Source: Botryllus schlosseri
Taxonomy: Eukaryota
Direction: 5' to 3'
NCBI GenBank assembly: GCA_051294905.1
Contig: CM119372.1
Coordinates: 39,372,001 to 39,436,000 of the forward strand
DNA length: 64,000 nt
Shown: positions 59,821 to 64,000 of the stretch, piece by piece
How positions within the stretch are numbered: the stretch's first letter is position 1
Layout: every line of letters starts with the position of its first letter
Made by a program: the position numbers and the translations under genes
The notes under the pieces: model-generated
Told to the model about the DNA's origin: nothing
What the model saw: the letters and a program-made list of their open reading frames with translations, nothing else
Databases searched by the model: none

Positions 59821-62079
59821 CAAATAAGCCGTAAGCTACAAGTGGATTTAAAACTTGATGCTGTTTTGTGGTTGACTCAAGTCAGTAGTCATGTTTGTGT
59901 TGATTTCGGGAATGATCATGACGAGTTGGTCGGGTAAATTAGGTAATGTGGTTGTAACTATAACCGTAAAGAGATGCTGACATCCCAATATCTTTTACGC
60001 TGTCGTATATGGATTCAATTATGATAATTTAATTCACGCTGTCGTATATGGATTCAATTGTGATAATTTAATTCTCAGTTATTGTTCTGACACTCAAATC
60101 TCGTATACTCAAAATATAATATGCCCAAGTCAAATCGTATATGCACCGATTAGTAAATACTCTGCCTTACAGAATAGTATAACGACCTTTACAGTTGGAT
60201 AAAAATTATCGGTCCTATGAATGCAACCAGATGAATTAATTCAAGTTTGCGAGTTGTACTGATATAGCCAAGTAAGTGAAAACTAGATTTTAAACACTTG
60301 TCAATGTAGTGAATAATTCTTTTGAGTATGGTAAGATGTTAAAATGTCTCTTTGACAAACGGAAAGCTGGATCGGGAATAGAGTTGTAATGTTACATTAC
60401 TTGTTTCAAATCAATGTGTGTATAATATCGAAACGGGACTGTGGGGAAGTTGCTAGTCATGTTTGTCAATCCTATTTCAATGCACACTACGCCAAAGTCA
60501 AAATAATCGGATTAGGATTAGGATTTTACAATTATTTCACACCTTTTTGAATAAGCGTCAACTTCACAGAGGATTAGGGTTGGGTCAGAAATAAGTGAAA
60601 ATTTGTCGGTATTCGAATCACCGGCTACGCCGGTTCTATGGTAAACTAATTACTAAAGTAACACCTTGCGACTGATTACCAGATTTAGCAAACTATTTCG
60701 CACTGACTGGATTAGTGTAATAATCGATACGATAGTCCAGTATACTGTAGCACGAAACAGCTGCACAGGAAAAAATTCAGCGCGCAGGTCATTCGAAATA
60801 TAGGGCGCGCGCGTAATCCTCACAACAAGCCGTGTTCGCAAAACGGATGTAGTTAGTGGGTCGCACATATCAAAACGCAAGCGCAAACATCTGTTTTTCA
60901 AAATCACACAATGTACTGCGGTTTAGTGAATTTCCCGTCGGAAATAAGTGACAATTTGTTGCTATTCAAGTTACCCACACTGATGGTTCTGATAGTCGGT
61001 ATTTATTAAATCTTACCAGTGAAATCTAGTTCTGTGACAAACTGATTACTAAAATTTCACCGCGTGAGCGATCGGTATGGCTATGACACCAAGTCGTGAA
61101 AGATGGGTATGTCCGAGACATTATCTTGTCAGTGATCGCGGAGTTTTGCAAACTATTTCACACCTTTTTGAATAAGCGTTAACTTCACAAAGGATTACGG
61201 CTAGAATAGAAATAAGTGACAATTTGTTGGTATTCAAGACTCGCCGGTGATGTATCTGTTATTCGGCACTTATTACACTTATCATGAAATTAGAGTGAGA
61301 ACATAAAGCGTCAAGTTGTTGTTTTCGAATTTTGATGTCGAGGTGATAAATTTACGCATTCAATTACAATTCAACTTCGGTTGTGTATTGAGTGATGGAT
61401 CGATATGCCGGAAGTGGTATCTTGTGAGCGATCGTAGGATTTTACAAATATTTCACATCTTTTTGAAGTGGTAGTTTGCGAACGCGACTATTGTTGATAT
61501 TCGAATCGCCGTCTGTCGCACGCACTGCGTAAATCCTCACAACAAGCCACGTTTCCGTTTGTGCGGTTATTGTTGGTGACTATTCAACACCGCGCGAGAG
61601 ATGCCTGAAAGTACGAATCACGACCGCACCCATAAGAACACATGGCGAATCGCGGCCGCAGCCTATAGCAAAAAAGGCGAATCGCCACCCCGGGTTTTCA
61701 GGCGAATCACCGCCACCGCCTATAGCAAAAAAGGCGAATCACGACCGCACCCATAAGAACACATGGCGAATCGCGGCCGCAGCCTATAGCAAAAAAGACG
61801 AATCGCCACCCCGGGTTTCCAGGCGAATCGCCACCCCGCCCATAAGAACCCCAGTCAGGTCACGAGCGATCCTATATACTACTTGTGCTACCATGCTAAT
61901 GTGTCCTCATGCTGTAGCGTCGCATGCTCAACTGTCGTTTTGCATTATGTCGCATGCTCATATGTCGGGCAACCACCCATTACGTATTGCATCTTTAGAC
62001 ACGGCTTGTTTCTCTTACACAGTTTAGTACCATGTGTCTAACTTTCTGTAATCATTGCAGCTGTCCGGTATAATGAAAT

Positions 62080-62403
62080 TTGTCACGTCTGGATGCTGAA
62101 CAGTTGGAGATTGAAATTGTAATACTGCAAAATCACCTCCATCTCGAAACCCACCAGGATGCAGCAAACATTTGGTGCCTTGTGGACATGGAAAAGTACA
62201 GCGGCGTATGCGCAGCAGCTATGAATGTTGCAAGCGTGTTTGGTTCAACTTATCGCTGTGAATCAGCCTTTTCGGACATGAACTTCATCAAAAACAAACA
62301 CATAACACGCCTCACTAATGTAAATCTGGAACACTCACTTCGTGTTGCAGGGTCAAGTTACATACCACTAGTTGATAGCATGCAATGCAAGGCTTCCCAC
62401 TGA
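62080..62403 (+). pseudogene. hAT (Charlie/Buster-type) transposase C-terminal dimerisation domain remnant; element right end at about 62741
   Basis: FGSTYRCESAFSDMNFIKNK...RLT..NLEHSLR motif; downstream end aaaggttggtgacccctg. Confidence 0.82.
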
Positions 62404-62967
62404 CTAATATAGAAACAGAAAACATGATGTCAAGTCCAGTCTAAAGTGTGACATCATTTATTTTAAAATTTGAGTTGACTGTTGTATAATTTATACAAAC
62501 CTGGTGCGAAGTAATTCATGATTTCTTAAAAATGTTAGTGGCTAGTTTTAGTTGAAATGAGATATTTTGACTTAAAATACTCTCTTAGAAGTCTTGTTGC
62601 AATGTGATTCCTGCCCAGTTCGATGAATATCAAAGCGGAAATTCAGTCTGGCACGGGTAAACGGAGGAAATAAAGGGTAGCCCGTCGCTTCAATCAGTAC
62701 CCAAAAGTAGCCCTTGGATGCAAAAAGGTTGGTGACCCCTGATAGTGGCTATCACTTCACTAAAATGTAGGGTTCGAATTAGCAATATGACGTCACGTGG
62801 CGACATGATGGTAACGTTTGCGTTCACACAGATCTTTCAAAAAGGTTCGCGCTCACACGAACCTGAACCTTTCACAGATTCACACCACCCCTAGTTAGTA
62901 TTACGCCGTGTGGTAGAGGAACAAATTAGTGGTACGCGATGGGAAGAAGTTTGAGAAACACTGGATT

Positions 62968-63358
62968 AGATAACATAACATAACATCGTGGGGTTATATT
63001 TTTCATCTGAACTAGTCACACACAATGTACAATGCGATAAGACACAATGCGATGTCATGAACAGCTAGGAGGATGTCGAACGACACGCATCAGTAGCGAT
63101 CCTTTACTCTAACATCCACCTCGGCCTAGAGTGCCCGATGTCACAGTTATTTTCGATGTTAATCATTTTTTGAAGCCGCGGCCCTTTCTACTAGTTCTTT
63201 CCATTCCTTGTGAGTGCTTGCTTCGTCGGGTCTTTTTCTGGGCTTTTTTGTCGCCGGCAACGGCAGGGGAAGAGGAGCCCAGTTACACCTCCGACGGGAA
63301 TCGAACCCGGTCCGTCTGGTTGGTGAGCGCTTATCGTAATCACTACACTATCTCCCCC
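62968..63358 (-). mobile_element. tRNA-derived SINE
   Basis: Minus-strand head with A-box-like tagtgtagtga and B-box ggttcgattccc (63350-63297); possible (tgtta)n tail near 62970; 3' boundary uncertain. Confidence 0.6.
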
Positions 63359-64000
63359 GACGACGTCAGAGGATAAACGTGACCTTGCTGGACTTGCACA
63401 TGTCGATTTGGAGGCGAGTACGCAGAGATACGCCGTTACTCTCTGAAATAGACGTGCACATGCTTGTTCTTCGGTGATAGCTTTTCAATCATACGGCGAA
63501 ATTCAACGGTGTGTTATCGTGGGTGCCTGCGAATTGGAATTCAATCCTGCGCATGATCGTGTCTTGCGGTACGGATCTGGGAACATAAATAGAGAAACGC
63601 ATCCCAGAACGCCGTTAAAAGTCCGCGAACTATTTTCACGATGCGAACTAGTCAATTCGAAGCCCGAACCCCATGATGTTGGATATGATAGAGATGAATT
63701 AGTGATAGAGTGCGCGCTTCCCCGTATGTAGTCATCTGTTTTGTGCATTTATTCTTGTCTGCTTGAAACAGTTGTATTCCTCAATTGTCACGCAATAAGC
63801 GGGTATAGTTTAATTCTTTAAAGACACGGTGTACTGCACACCAGATTATCAGTGGCACTAGTTCTGCATTTATTCGGTTCTTTTGGAGAAAAACTTTCTA
63901 AACTCCAGTAAACTTTATCGACACCGAACGGACGAGCGCATCGATATCGAATTTCAACCATTGGGTATTTGGTAGAAAGCGAAATCCTGGTCACGACATG

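Larger units (their letters stand above)
36474..61883. mobile_element. Giant fold-back element with Polinton/Maverick-type termini, non-autonomous
   Basis: Ends agtagtatatagg / cctatatactact; 6-bp flanks tatgct (36468-36473) / tgtgct (61884-61889); arms 36474-49637 (minus 39425-46423) and 55504-61883 are reverse complements. Confidence 0.8.
55504..61883 (-). repeat. Right arm of the giant inverted repeat
   Basis: Reverse complement of the left arm; differs by MITE 59298-59820, telomeric block 56622-56702, repeat copy number and scattered substitutions. Confidence 0.95.
23150..62893. mobile_element. TAGGGATG-family hAT MITE split in two halves (23150 to about 23720; about 62746 to 62893) by about 39 kb of nested insertions
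   Basis: Left half matches the 5' part and right half the 3' part of the copy at 6501-8678; flanks gttagtgg / gttagtat (6 of 8 match). Confidence 0.6.

Noticed and set aside
36474..61883. Giant inverted repeat as an assembly or fold-back read artefact
   Set aside because: Defined termini, flanking 6-bp duplication, host array continuing on both sides and arm-specific insertions with their own TSDs argue for a real element.
27280..62741. Pairing the caggggtcggcaacc end at 27280 with the hAT right end at 62741
   Set aside because: TIRs are compatible but the flanks (gagtaaag vs atagtggc) do not form a TSD.
63290..63358. Possible tRNA gene
   Set aside because: A and B boxes present but no convincing acceptor or anticodon stems; better read as a SINE head.

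Overview
Eukaryotic (metazoan, probably invertebrate) genomic DNA, AT-rich and dominated by transposons. The left third holds the first seven coding exons of a minus-strand cytochrome P450 (CYP2 clan), 16310 down to 3401. Its 3' exons lie left of the window and its introns are filled with nested MITEs. The rest is a deep stack of nested DNA transposons. The centrepiece is a 25.4-kb element (36474-61883) with Polinton/Maverick-type ends (5'-AGTAGT...ACTACT-3', 6-bp target duplication tatgct/tgtgct). It has about 6-kb inverted arms around a spacer of about 0.9 kb and no recognisable pPolB, integrase or capsid gene, so it is an almost fully palindromic, non-coding Polinton-like element of about 13 kb. 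Later insertions into it: a 7-kb CACTA/EnSpm relic (left arm), an Academ transposon (spacer, itself split by a hAT MITE), a hAT MITE and a head-to-head (TTAGGG)n(CCCTAA)n block (both right arm). Also present: a second CACTA-like element, two Penelope remnants with hammerhead-ribozyme-like motifs, a tRNA-derived SINE and many hAT/P/Harbinger-type MITEs. Everything was read by eye; family assignments rest on termini, TSD lengths and remembered protein motifs, not database searches.
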